Shown: positions 20,029 to 29,481 of the stretch, one piece after another | How the letters are laid out: every line of letters begins with the position of its first letter | Position numbering within the stretch: position 1 is the first letter of the stretch | Position numbers and translations under genes: made by a program | Assembly: GCA_024278215.1 (NCBI GenBank) | Contig: JAJRTR010000031.1 | Span: 1 to 52,141 of the forward strand | Origin: a bacterium | GTDB taxonomy: Bacteria > UBP15 > UBA6099 > JAJRTR01 | Length of the DNA stretch: 52,141 bases | Direction of reading: 5' to 3' | The notes under the pieces: model-generated | Seen by the model: only the letters and a program-made list of their open reading frames with translations | The model's database searches: none | What the model was told of the DNA's origin: nothing

Positions 20029-21363
20029 TTACGGGATCAGGCTCAAGTCGCCGGTAAACGCCGCCTTGAGCGTTGGGGCCATCTTCGAGTCGATCTCTCC
20101 TTTTTCAACATCAAGCGGTGTGGGCATGTTCTGGAGTTTCATCTTCAGTTGCGGGTTTTTGGATGCATCGATCATTGTGTCGATCTGTTTAGCGGGAACT
20201 CCCGCTTCATCGAGCGTCGTGGGGAATCCGATCTTTCGGGAAAGCGCGATCATGGCCTTCGCGAGAGTTTCGCCGAGTTCGCGTCCGCCTGTTGAACTGA
20301 TATCAACATCAGCGGGAATGTAGCCTGCCTGCTGGTATATTGGTGCGATCGCCCGGTTCTGGTCTTCGATGGTGTCGCTGAACAGCACTGTATAGTATGG
20401 GTTCAGCACGGCACAGGCGCGACCGTGTGGAAGGTAATGAATCAGTTGGAACGAGCCGAGATGCCCGCCGTTTGTGCCGCCTTTTTCCACCTGTCCCGTG
20501 GCATCGTTCTTCTTTGCTATCATGATGGCGTATCCGCCAAGGTCGGTGCCGAGTCCGAGAGCTGTTCGAGCGTCGTCGCTCCGCGGATTCTCGACAACCG
20601 CCGGCAACGCTTCGACGATCAGCCCGATAGCGGATATTGTAATCTCTTTCATCTCTTCGTAGTAGACCTTGCCCGCAGCGCCCATGAAGACTTCCCAGCA
20701 GTGGGCGATCCCGTCGAGTCCTCCGTCCAGGGTCAGCGACACGGGGCAGTTCTTTGTGATACCGTAATCGAAGACTGCCGCGGGGGGAGTGATGGTGTCG
20801 TCGACAATCAGTTTCTTTATTCCAGGCACAGGGTCCGTGATATTTGAATACTTAGTCAGGTGCGCGCCGGAACTGGACACTGTCTGAACTGCTATTACGG
20901 GAATAACTTTTTTGTTTTCCTTCTCGAGCAGAGCGGCCACCTGGTCGACACCGAAGAAGGGTTCGAGGTCATTACCTTCGATAGTGTTGAGAACGGCTGC
21001 CGCTTTCGCCGCGTCTATCAGGCTTCCTCCGCCCGCCGCGACGATACATTCAGGCTTTCTCTTGGCTACAGCGAGAGCCATCCTGTAGACATCTTCCCTT
21101 GGCGCGTTGGGGCGTGCGCCGGGCTCGATCGCGCCGAATTCCACACCCGCGCCGGACAGGCTGTCAGACACTTTTCCCAGAAAGGTTTCCGCCCATTCTT
21201 TTCTTTTGCCGCCGGTGCGGCCTGCCCCGAACAGCAGCGCTTTTTTCCCATATTCCGCAGTATATTTTCCAACACTGCCGAGCACGCCTGTTCCGAAGGC
21301 ATATCTATCGCCCTTCCAGTCTTTAAGGAGTGTTTCCGCCTTTTGTCTGTATTCCGGGTTCAT
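20029..21363 (-). CDS. Iron-containing alcohol dehydrogenase family
   Basis: GGGSLIDAAKA, LDGIAHCWE, GH...LPHGRACA. Confidence 0.88.
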   Translation of the reverse strand: MNPEYRQKAETLLKDWKGDRYAFGTGVLGSVGKYTAEYGKKALLFGAGRTGGKRKEWAETFLGKVSDSLSGAGVEFGAIEPGARPNAPREDVYRMALAVAKRKPECIVAAGGGSLIDAAKAAAVLNTIEGNDLEPFFGVDQVAALLEKENKKVIPVIAVQTVSSSGAHLTKYSNITDPVPGIKKLIVDDTITPPAAVFDYGITKNCPVSLTLDGGLDGIAHCWEVFMGAAGKVYYEEMKEITISAIGLIVEALPAVVENPRSDDARTALGLGTDLGGYAIMIAKKNDATGQVEKGGTNGGHLGSFQLIHYLPHGRACAVLNPYYTVLFSDTIEDQNRAIAPIYQQAGYIPADVDISSTGGRELGETLAKAMIALSRKIGFPTTLDEAGVPAKQIDTMIDASKNPQLKMKLQNMPTPLDVEKGEIDSKMAPTLKAAFTGDLSLIP

Positions 21364-21456
21364 GGGTTATACCCCTTTCTTTTCTACCAACTTTCAGTTA
21401 TCCACTCGTTATGTGTTGGATTTTAATTTGATCATTACAATTTTTCAAATGATCCG

Positions 21457-22875
21457 TTATGAACGCGGAGCGTCGGTTTTTTTAAGAGCCCACATTCCCA
21501 TGTCATGCTTCTTCGCGTCGTCCTCTGCTTTGTTGAACTTATTTTTCAGGTCATGTTTCGCCTTGTGGTCGGAGAGAGCGTATCCGCTTTTTATCACCTG
21601 CTCGTTCAAGGTCGATCCGTTATCGAGAAAGATATAAACTTTTGCCGGTTCGTAGCGACCGCCCGGAGCAACCTGCCTGCACTTGAGTTGTTTGCCTGCA
21701 ACTTTGTCCTGCATGAAATTAAAAGACTGCCTGTAGACGCCGCGGTTTCTGCTGAAAAACTCTCCCGGCACTTCGACACCGGCGAGTTTATACTCTTTTC
21801 CGTCGGCAGCCAATACATGGTCCGCATTGTATATTGTCTCGACAGTAATTGTGAATTCATTATCTTTTTTATCGTTCTTTTTTTGTGGCGACGCCTGTTT
21901 TTGCGGTTTACTCTGTTTCGGTTGTTTACTCTGTTTCGCAGGTTTCGCAGGTTTCGCCTGTTTCGACTGTGCGGAATGTTCCGGGAAAACAGTTCGCAGG
22001 GCGTCGAGTTTCTTTTTGACCTCATTTTTGTCGATATCCGGCTGAATCTCGATAGTGAAGTTTTTCCTGCTGTTTCCCGAAGTCATTTTTTTCTCGACGA
22101 TATCGCAGCATTCGTCGTTGAGGTCGCAACCGATGGACGAGCGGCTAAGGGCTTTTGCCGCGACACAGGTTGTTCCGCCGCCTGCGAAAGGATCGAGAAC
22201 AGTCTCGCCGACACATGAGAATAATTTGACGAGTCTTTGCGCGAGTTCTTCAGGGAAACGGGGCCAGTCGACGGTATCATCATCGAGTCCCGGAAATATC
22301 CAGAGCCCTGACAAAAGTTTTTTCGCTTCACGCGCGGAAAGGGTGGACCTGTCGCGTTTTGTGCCGCTCGGAGACGGCGCGTCTCCATTTTTTTTCATTA
22401 TCATTATCAGGTCAACATTGGTATCGAGCGATCCCGTTCGCGGCAGGTATCTTTTTGTACCGGTTTTCGCGGGTTCGCCTGATTCCGGCTGGTAGATGAT
22501 CACGCCGTTGTTTTTGAAGCCTGCGGTCCTGCACGTTTCGACGACTACGCTTTGGACAGATATGGACTTGCCCGCGCGCAGGCTGTAGAATCGGTTTGCG
22601 CCACGCTCGATGTATATACATATCATGCAGCCCGGCGACAGCACTCTCGCGCATTCCTGCCACACGAGCGACAGGTTCCGGCAGTATTCGTCAACACTGC
22701 GGCATTTCCCCAGCCCGGCACCTTTCTTCGATTCCCATGCCGGCGGCGATGTCACCACCAGTTGGACGGATTCATCTTCAATATTCTGTAGATTCCTGGA
22801 ATCGCCGATTATCAGGCGATGTGTATTTTTTATGTACGTTTTACGTTTCTTTGCGGGCGCTGGTTTCTTTCCCAT
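21457..22875 (-). CDS. N4/N6 DNA methyltransferase-like domain fused to a thermonuclease (SNase)-like domain
   Basis: IIGDSR...LVVTSPPAW, FPEELAQRLVKLFS, VLDPFAGGGTT; C-terminal LNEQVIKSGYA...AEDDAKKHDMGMW. Confidence 0.8.
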   Translation of the reverse strand: MGKKPAPAKKRKTYIKNTHRLIIGDSRNLQNIEDESVQLVVTSPPAWESKKGAGLGKCRSVDEYCRNLSLVWQECARVLSPGCMICIYIERGANRFYSLRAGKSISVQSVVVETCRTAGFKNNGVIIYQPESGEPAKTGTKRYLPRTGSLDTNVDLIMIMKKNGDAPSPSGTKRDRSTLSAREAKKLLSGLWIFPGLDDDTVDWPRFPEELAQRLVKLFSCVGETVLDPFAGGGTTCVAAKALSRSSIGCDLNDECCDIVEKKMTSGNSRKNFTIEIQPDIDKNEVKKKLDALRTVFPEHSAQSKQAKPAKPAKQSKQPKQSKPQKQASPQKKNDKKDNEFTITVETIYNADHVLAADGKEYKLAGVEVPGEFFSRNRGVYRQSFNFMQDKVAGKQLKCRQVAPGGRYEPAKVYIFLDNGSTLNEQVIKSGYALSDHKAKHDLKNKFNKAEDDAKKHDMGMWALKKTDAPRS

Positions 22876-22982
22876 TGGTCTTCCTTCCATCATCCTGCGT
22901 TTCCAGCAGGACACGTGTTTTTTATAGCTTCATTTTGATTCTGAAAAGAACTATAAAGTTCAGTTCGCCGACTTCACCCGGC

Positions 22983-24089
22983 TTACGTCTGTTCAATTTC
23001 ACATTCGAAATACTGGTGGAACTCTTCAGGCAAGTCATGATAATCCTGTGCTGCGGCTATGCCCGACAGGTCGACGGAATTGAAAGTATGCCAGAACATG
23101 ACAACGGAATCGCCACGGTCTTCTTTGCAGTATGCGCCGATCAGGGCGGCGAGGGCTTTGCCTGTGTAGACGCCTTCGACTTTCAGACCGGCATATTTCG
23201 CGGCGAGCGCTATGGCTTCCCTTCCCTCGTGTGTGTATTTCCCGTACTCGCCGCCGAAATAATCTTCCACAAGGTCGACATCGAACGGTGTCGTGACGAC
23301 AAGCGGAAAATCTCTGTCCGCCGCTTTCAGCCTGATGGAAGCTTGTGTGGCGAGCGAAGAAAACACGATGCGATTTCCGAATAATCTGTCGGTTACCTTT
23401 ACACCTGTGACCTTTGTCTTGAGACCCGCGGCTTTGCAGCCTGCCTCGAGTCCTGCTGCTGTTCCGCAGGTGCCGACGGCTACGAATATCCTGTCGGGCT
23501 CTGGGCATTCGCCCGCCTCGATCTGGTCGCGGAGCTCGAACACCGCGTTTATGTAGCCTGTCGCGCCGAGTGCGGAAGAGCCGCCCGGCGGTACGATATA
23601 CGGTGTTCTCATATCCGAAACAGATTGCCTTGCGTACACTTCAAGCGCTTTCCCCGGCAACTGTCCAGTGTTTTGTGCAAGGACAAGTTCTTCGCCGTAG
23701 TGCAATCCAACAAGAAGGTTTTTTCTGACGTCTTCGGTGACCGGTTGAGGGACCAGACAACTGGTAGTCGGGAAACCATGATTCGCGCCGTGAATAGTTG
23801 TCGCTAGGCAGTGATTGGAGCCGATGCCGCCGAATGTGAGCAGCCTTTTCGAGTGACGTCTTTCGGCATCGGCGAGGAGGAATTCGAGTTTCCTTATTTT
23901 GTTGCCGCCATACTCGCAATGAGTCAGGTCGTCGCGCTTGATGAATAATCTGCCCACACCGACGGCCTCGGCGAGCTCAGGCGCCTCATGCACAGGTGTT
24001 GGAAAATCACCTATAGGTATACGCCTGATTTTGTTGATCAGTCGCGGGTACTCCCTGAAAAGGGGATATTGCTCATCCTGAACAGGCAT
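22983..24089 (-). CDS. PLP-dependent D-cysteine desulfhydrase/ACC deaminase family
   Basis: KRDDL...GGNKIRKLEFLL, SNHC, PPGGSS, EGVYTGKA. Confidence 0.9.
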   Translation of the reverse strand: MPVQDEQYPLFREYPRLINKIRRIPIGDFPTPVHEAPELAEAVGVGRLFIKRDDLTHCEYGGNKIRKLEFLLADAERRHSKRLLTFGGIGSNHCLATTIHGANHGFPTTSCLVPQPVTEDVRKNLLVGLHYGEELVLAQNTGQLPGKALEVYARQSVSDMRTPYIVPPGGSSALGATGYINAVFELRDQIEAGECPEPDRIFVAVGTCGTAAGLEAGCKAAGLKTKVTGVKVTDRLFGNRIVFSSLATQASIRLKAADRDFPLVVTTPFDVDLVEDYFGGEYGKYTHEGREAIALAAKYAGLKVEGVYTGKALAALIGAYCKEDRGDSVVMFWHTFNSVDLSGIAAAQDYHDLPEEFHQYFECEIEQT

Positions 24090-24206
24090 TAAGGTAGTCC
24101 TCTATATATGGCGGGACCAAAGACAAGGGGGGCGACTCAGCATGAAGGTTGCCGAAAAGCATATTGCAGAAATGAATAAAACGAAAAGCGCCCGTGAGAA
24201 TGGGCG

Positions 24207-25415
24207 TTAATAACGGATTCCATAATCGATTGTATAATACTGCTCATCGAAACTGTACAGGAATTTGACTTCGGATTTCTCTCTGAATCTGACGCCGAGG
24301 ATGCCGTTGTAGTCCATCCCCTCCATAGATTTTTTCTGAACATCGTTTATTCCGTCGCATGAAACAGAGCAATGTATCTCATAGGAAGCGTTGCGCCAGC
24401 CGGCGGCAAAACCGCCGTAGATATCATTTCCGAAAGATGTATTGAGATTGTCCCAGACCAGTCCGCCCATGAATTGAATCATCCTTAGCTGAAAGTCTAT
24501 TCTCTGGTCGTTATAATACGTTTCTACTTTCGGGCGTGAATATAGAATACTGTAGTAAAGATTCATATTCTTGCGTCTGGGCACCCAGTAGTCGACGCTT
24601 ACTACCGGTGCCGGACTTTCGGATACAACGCTACCGGGCAAATCGCCGCTATTGAGATAGAAGTAACCGATATGAAGGCTGTAGTGCGGTGCTGCACCGA
24701 GCATTTTCGGCTCTTCCTGTTTTTTCTCTTCCTTTGTTTTGTCTTGAACGGAAGCGCTTTTTGAGGAACTGCCCCCACGCCGGCCGCGTCTCGATTTCGT
24801 GCTGCCGCTTTCTTCGTCGTCCGAACTCGATTTGCTCGAACTGCTCCCGCGCCTGCTGCGTCTCGATCTCGTGCCGCCGCTTTTTGTGCTACTGTCCGAG
24901 CTTGCTTCCGTACTGTCGGATTTGCTTGATGTGCGGGAACGCTTTCTTGAGCTTCTTGATGATGTTTTCGCTTTTGTGCTACTCTCTGTCGATTCGCTTT
25001 TCGTTTTTTCTTTGCTGCCCGACGACCGCCCGGCAGCCGATTTCTTTTCTGTAGTTTTTTTCGATTTTCTTGAAGAAGTTTTCTTTACGCCTTTCGCGGC
25101 GGTGACAAGATCGCCTTCACGAACAGAATCCGGAGCCGATGTTATTTCCGCCTGAACATACGCTTTTTTAACTTCTGTAACTTCCAATGTGCCTACAACT
25201 TTGCCGTCTCTGACAACATTGAGTTGTTGTCCCTTTTCGTATCCCGCCTCCTTCCCATGATAGATAAGTACAATCTTGCCGTCGAGAATCAGGTTTACCT
25301 GTGTTTGAGTTGCCGCATAGCTACTCCGGTGAATTCCCAGTGTCGTCAGCAGGATTGCCAGTACAAATATCAGTTGTATATTGTTTTTTCCGAACATAGA
25401 ATCTGTTTTCCTCAT
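24207..25415 (-). CDS. Exported protein with Ser/Lys/Arg-rich linker and probable C-terminal outer-membrane beta-barrel
   Basis: Signal peptide; small beta domain; long low-complexity tract; amphipathic strands ending YYTIDYGIRY. Confidence 0.65.
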   Translation of the reverse strand: MRKTDSMFGKNNIQLIFVLAILLTTLGIHRSSYAATQTQVNLILDGKIVLIYHGKEAGYEKGQQLNVVRDGKVVGTLEVTEVKKAYVQAEITSAPDSVREGDLVTAAKGVKKTSSRKSKKTTEKKSAAGRSSGSKEKTKSESTESSTKAKTSSRSSRKRSRTSSKSDSTEASSDSSTKSGGTRSRRSRRGSSSSKSSSDDEESGSTKSRRGRRGGSSSKSASVQDKTKEEKKQEEPKMLGAAPHYSLHIGYFYLNSGDLPGSVVSESPAPVVSVDYWVPRRKNMNLYYSILYSRPKVETYYNDQRIDFQLRMIQFMGGLVWDNLNTSFGNDIYGGFAAGWRNASYEIHCSVSCDGINDVQKKSMEGMDYNGILGVRFREKSEVKFLYSFDEQYYTIDYGIRY

Positions 25416-25718
25416 GAATCCCTTTTTCAGCGCCGGGATCACAATAAAACACCCCGATGCCGCCTGTTCGATCATGTTATTCTAATACATTTGTGCGACA
25501 ATCGAAACTATTTTTACATCTTAATAGCCATTGCGCCGCACGCAATTTCTAACAGGCGTGGTTAACAGCGCGAAGGCCACAAAAGGTCATTTCACATATT
25601 CAACTTATTATAATGAGGTTTTTTTGTCAATTATTTTTCAATATTCCAACCGGATGTTCGCAAGGTATTATATTTATCGAGTAATCGTTGGCATACGGCA
25701 GGCGCGGCGACAGGCAGA

Positions 25719-26528
25719 TCATGAAGGCAGACGGTGGAATACTATCCTGTCGACCTCGGGCGGAGGAGGCGCAATGACGTTCTTTGTGTAGACAGTGTTG
25801 CCCCTCAAAAGGAACTCACTACCGTTCGACGGGTCCTCAAGCCGGTAGTAACGGTCTTCGCATTGGCCCCGGCAGCGGTACAGCCCCGGTACTCTGCCTG
25901 TATTCAAATAACTTTCGAGAGGCGGGCAGAATCTTGTGCTCGACACGTATGCATAAGGAATATGAAGGCTGTAGAAAAAATTCTTGTCGAGTATTTCGAT
26001 GCCCTGACCGGCATTCTGAAGTTCCAGCCTCGATACACCTTTCGAGCGCATGAAGTCGGCGAGGGGCCTGTTGTTGAATGAAATGCCGCTGAATATCCTG
26101 CGTTTCGCGTCAAGTTCGTCAGCGTCGAACGCTGCGGCGAGCAATCCGGGAATCTGCGGATCGGTCTTCTGGGCGGCGAACACACGGCCCGCCACGGGAA
26201 CGAGGTCCGGCAGCTCTTTCGAGACCACATCCAGAAGACCGAGGTCGTTGACGATTATCTCGGAACCCGGCCCCGCGCCGGCGAGCGCTTCGGCGAGTTT
26301 AAATATCCTGTTGAAGTGAGACTCACTGATATATGGGGTGACAAGGTGAAAAGAAAGGTTCCGGTCATTCGCTGACCGAACCATGTCGACGAGTGTTTTT
26401 ATTGCAGGCACAGCGTCTGCGCAGAATGTGCTGCCCGCATACACCCCGCTGTACTCGACAGTGTCTGTACTTTCGATCTCAGACAGCTTCTCGATAAATA
26501 TTTTTTTGTCAGGTTTGTGTTTGTTCAT
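25719..26528 (-). CDS. U32-like (UbiV-like) partner protein
   Basis: YAGSTFC, TPYI, IIVNDLG, AGR, RLELQN, TRFC...CRGQC, GNTVY; overlaps the U32 gene. Confidence 0.65.
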   Translation of the reverse strand: MNKHKPDKKIFIEKLSEIESTDTVEYSGVYAGSTFCADAVPAIKTLVDMVRSANDRNLSFHLVTPYISESHFNRIFKLAEALAGAGPGSEIIVNDLGLLDVVSKELPDLVPVAGRVFAAQKTDPQIPGLLAAAFDADELDAKRRIFSGISFNNRPLADFMRSKGVSRLELQNAGQGIEILDKNFFYSLHIPYAYVSSTRFCPPLESYLNTGRVPGLYRCRGQCEDRYYRLEDPSNGSEFLLRGNTVYTKNVIAPPPPEVDRIVFHRLPS

Positions 26529-27651
26529 TATTCAGCGTTTCAGCTTTTTCGGGTTCCGAACTGATCGAAGTCGTTTGATCAGGTTTGTTGTAGTAACAGA
26601 ACCCGGGGCCGCAATAATAAGGATAATATGATTTCCTTATAGCAATCGCTTTCCTTGTGAACTCGTCACGAGTTATGCCGCCGTCGAGCAGAGCGAGCGC
26701 TTTTGTGAGCATTTCGGTGTCGGCGCGTTTTTTCGATGTCAGGCTCTGGCGGCCAACAATCTTAACCGACACGACATTTTCAATATCGGCAATATCATAG
26801 AGAGCGCACAGCCCGCACGCTTCCCGGAAGTTATTCCATATATCCATAAACCTGAAATCGAGCCCGGATTCGATGACTTTGCCTTCCGTGTCGATAAGTT
26901 CCGCGCTGTACCGGCGGCAGCACTGCATCCCATTGCTTGCCACAAAATAGTCCTGCAACGCATTGACCGCCCTGTTGTTGTAAGTACCTGTGAGAAAAGC
27001 CATGTGTCGCCCGAGAAGAGCCTTCGCAACATTCGCGGCAACGGAAAACGCGCCCTTGCGGACGCGGTACGTCGCATGTGAGAAATTGCACAGCGAATTC
27101 GGGAAGTAGCATCTCTCCGACATTGCGAAGACTTCGAATTTCATATCGGGACACGCCGTTGCGACAGCTCTTATCTCATCGACGGAAAGATGGCGGGGCA
27201 GGGTGATGCGGCGCGCGCCGAGTCCTGCGTAGACATTGCATGTTCTCGAGTTGAACGCTCCCGCGAGTGTGCTGATGATCACAGGTGTTTCAGGGTGGCG
27301 TTCCGCGAAGTGCAGCATGAGCGAAATGTCGGCCACTATCACCCCGTCGACGCCGCAGCCGATGGTTTGTGCGGCTTCGGCTATTACTGCTTCGAGCTGG
27401 CGTGGTGAGTATATCGCGTTATATGTCACAAAAACCTTCATGCCCCTGCTGTGGGCCTCTTTTACAATGTCCCGCAACTGGTCGAAGGTCGAAAGATTAG
27501 CTTCTGTGACATGGCGCGAATTCAGCGAGAAAACATTTGTGTATTCCTTGAGTGTTTCCTCGCGCATGAGGCCACAGTAGACTTCTGTCGCGCCGGCCTC
27601 GTGAAGTGCTGCCACTTCGGATGAATGATTGACTGGAGATAGAATATCCAT
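26509..27651 (-). CDS. U32-family (UbiU/RlhA-like) Fe-S protein
   Basis: ILSPV, GATEVYCG, GVDGVIVAD, ISTLA, RRITLPRHLS, RCYFPNSLC, CGLCAL, SVKIVGR. Confidence 0.85.
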   Translation of the reverse strand: MDILSPVNHSSEVAALHEAGATEVYCGLMREETLKEYTNVFSLNSRHVTEANLSTFDQLRDIVKEAHSRGMKVFVTYNAIYSPRQLEAVIAEAAQTIGCGVDGVIVADISLMLHFAERHPETPVIISTLAGAFNSRTCNVYAGLGARRITLPRHLSVDEIRAVATACPDMKFEVFAMSERCYFPNSLCNFSHATYRVRKGAFSVAANVAKALLGRHMAFLTGTYNNRAVNALQDYFVASNGMQCCRRYSAELIDTEGKVIESGLDFRFMDIWNNFREACGLCALYDIADIENVVSVKIVGRQSLTSKKRADTEMLTKALALLDGGITRDEFTRKAIAIRKSYYPYYCGPGFCYYNKPDQTTSISSEPEKAETLNNEQTQT

Positions 27652-28319
27652 CACTTTATTATCGGTTTTCCACCCGGTTTTATTGCCCTGTAACGTATCG
27701 AGGCGATTGTCGCGGATGCGCTGAAAGGAATACCGGCATGTGAAAACATCACTTTCGCGGTACTTGGCGTCAACGCTTCTTTTATCGAATGCGCAAGTGC
27801 GGTGTCGCCCGGCGTGGCCAGGCCGAGCAGTTTTTTTATCTTCGCATATATGATAAAAAGCTTTGCCGCGACGGCATCCGGATTAAGATCGACGATCAGC
27901 AACAATCCGCCGGGCCGCAGCACTCGCCACATTTCCTTCAGCGCTTCGGCGGCATTGTCTATATGGTGCAGAGCGCCCTCGGAAAACACAACATCGAAAG
28001 CGCCGTCGGGGAACGCCAGGCCCGGCTCGCCGCTGCATATAAGATGAAAGCCGCCGCGGCCGGTTACATGCCGGTCGGCGGCGAGTTGCAGTAGTGTGAA
28101 ATCTATGTCGCATCCCACTACTGTCGTGCCGTTCCGCAACGACTCCGCGATGCTCATGGTCGAGAACGCAGCGCCGCAGCCCATGTCCAGTATCCGCAAC
28201 GGGCCGCCAGTCGAAGCCAGTTCATTACATAGCGCGCAGGCGTGCCGCGAGGGCGGTCGCCGCGCGCTGTACTCGAAATACTCTTGCGCGCTTATCCCGT
28301 CCTGGTCTATTCAGCCCAT
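27651..28319 (-). CDS. Class I SAM-dependent methyltransferase (UbiE-like); start uncertain, in-frame TGA at 28311-28313
   Basis: ILDMGCG, FPDGAFDVV, LHH, EMWRVLRPGG; frame open upstream to ATG-GGC-TGA at 28319. Confidence 0.8.
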
Positions 28320-28341
28320 CGGCCCCCCGTTCGCATTTATT

Positions 28342-28520
28342 GAGCCAATTGCAAAATTCTGGTTCGGCTACGGTCGGCGGCAATTGTCAACAGTTGCGTT
28401 GTCGGCACAAAATCATCCTCGACGTACTCTACAAGTACGCCTGTGGGGATTCTGCACCTCTGCCTTGCTTCCGATCAATTCCGCTCGACCTCGCTTTGAA
28501 CATAATTTTACAACTGGCTC
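28342..28520. repeat. MITE-like repeat family C, copy 1
   Basis: TIRs GAGCCAATTGCAAAATT / AATTTTACAACTGGCTC; 179 bp; similar to 29303-29481. Confidence 0.9.
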
Positions 28521-28668
28521 ACTGTGTGTAATATTGAAGCACGATTCTCTTTTGTAAAGTATACTTCCGGTGAATTATAATTCAATTCGCTGTCATGTCG
28601 CTTTCTGTGCTATATTATTTTAGTGCATTATATTTGCAGCCAGGCAACAGGGAAACAAGTCAGGGATA

Positions 28669-29301
28669 ATGAAAAAGACAATAATAATTTCCATAGTTGT
28701 TTTTATACTCTTTGTTATCGCCTACAGTTTCAAGCTGACAAACAAAGAGGATATCCAGAAGAAGCGCGAGTTCTCGTCGCAGGCTGTGGCCGGAAACATG
28801 CTGCGTGTTTCCGTGCGCGGGCATGTCTATGAAATAGACAGGTATGAGTACCCCGATGCCGAGGGAGAGCTTCCCGAGGGTGATATGACTCTCGACCGCG
28901 CAAAACAGGTGTGCGAAAGTGTCGGCAAGAGGCTTTGCACAGATGAGGAATGGACGGAAGCTTGCCGGGGGAGCGCGCTGAACAAATACAGTTATGGCGA
29001 GGACTTCAAGGACAAAATCTGCAACAGTCTCCACCACGACAGGCGCAACAAACCGGCGGGCTACTACGCCGAATGCCGCACACAGGAAGGTCTGTATGAT
29101 ATGTCGGGCAACCTGTGGGAATGGGTCACGCAGTCGGAGACTACCGCGCTTCGCGCCAAGGGCGGCTCATTCCGCGACGGCGAGATCGCGCAGCGTTGCA
29201 GTCACACATTGAAACTCTTTCCGGTGCAGACGGAAGAGTTGGCGTTCGACAACTTTGGTGTCAGGTGTTGCCGGGACGCTGTTGATAATAAGACTTATTA
29301 A
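28669..29301 (+). CDS. Exported FGE-sulfatase (SUMF1) domain protein
   Basis: IDRYEYP, GKRLCTDEEW..AC, GLYDMSGNLWEW, KGGSF, GVRCC. Confidence 0.88.
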   Translation: MKKTIIISIVVFILFVIAYSFKLTNKEDIQKKREFSSQAVAGNMLRVSVRGHVYEIDRYEYPDAEGELPEGDMTLDRAKQVCESVGKRLCTDEEWTEACRGSALNKYSYGEDFKDKICNSLHHDRRNKPAGYYAECRTQEGLYDMSGNLWEWVTQSETTALRAKGGSFRDGEIAQRCSHTLKLFPVQTEELAFDNFGVRCCRDAVDNKTY

Positions 29302-29302
29302 C

Positions 29303-29481
29303 GAGCCAGTTGCAAAATTCTGATTCGGCCGCGGTCGGCTGCAATTGTCAACAGTTGCGTTGTCGGTACAAAATCCTCCTCGACGTACTCTGTAAGTACG
29401 CCCGCGGGGATTTTGCAACTCCGCCTTGCTTCCGAACAATTCCGTTCGACCTCGCTTAGAACATTATTTTACAATTGGCTC
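29303..29481. repeat. MITE-like repeat family C, copy 2 (direct orientation to copy 1)
   Basis: TIRs GAGCCAGTTGCAAAATT / ATTTTACAATTGGCTC; 179 bp. Confidence 0.9.

Noticed and set aside
21398-21406. DnaA-box-like TTATCCACT
   Set aside because: Single imperfect box with no cluster or origin-associated genes.
28669-29301. FGE/C-type-lectin-fold gene as a diversity-generating retroelement target
   Set aside because: No template repeat differing at adenines and no reverse transcriptase in the window; the flanking repeats do not resemble the gene's 3' end.
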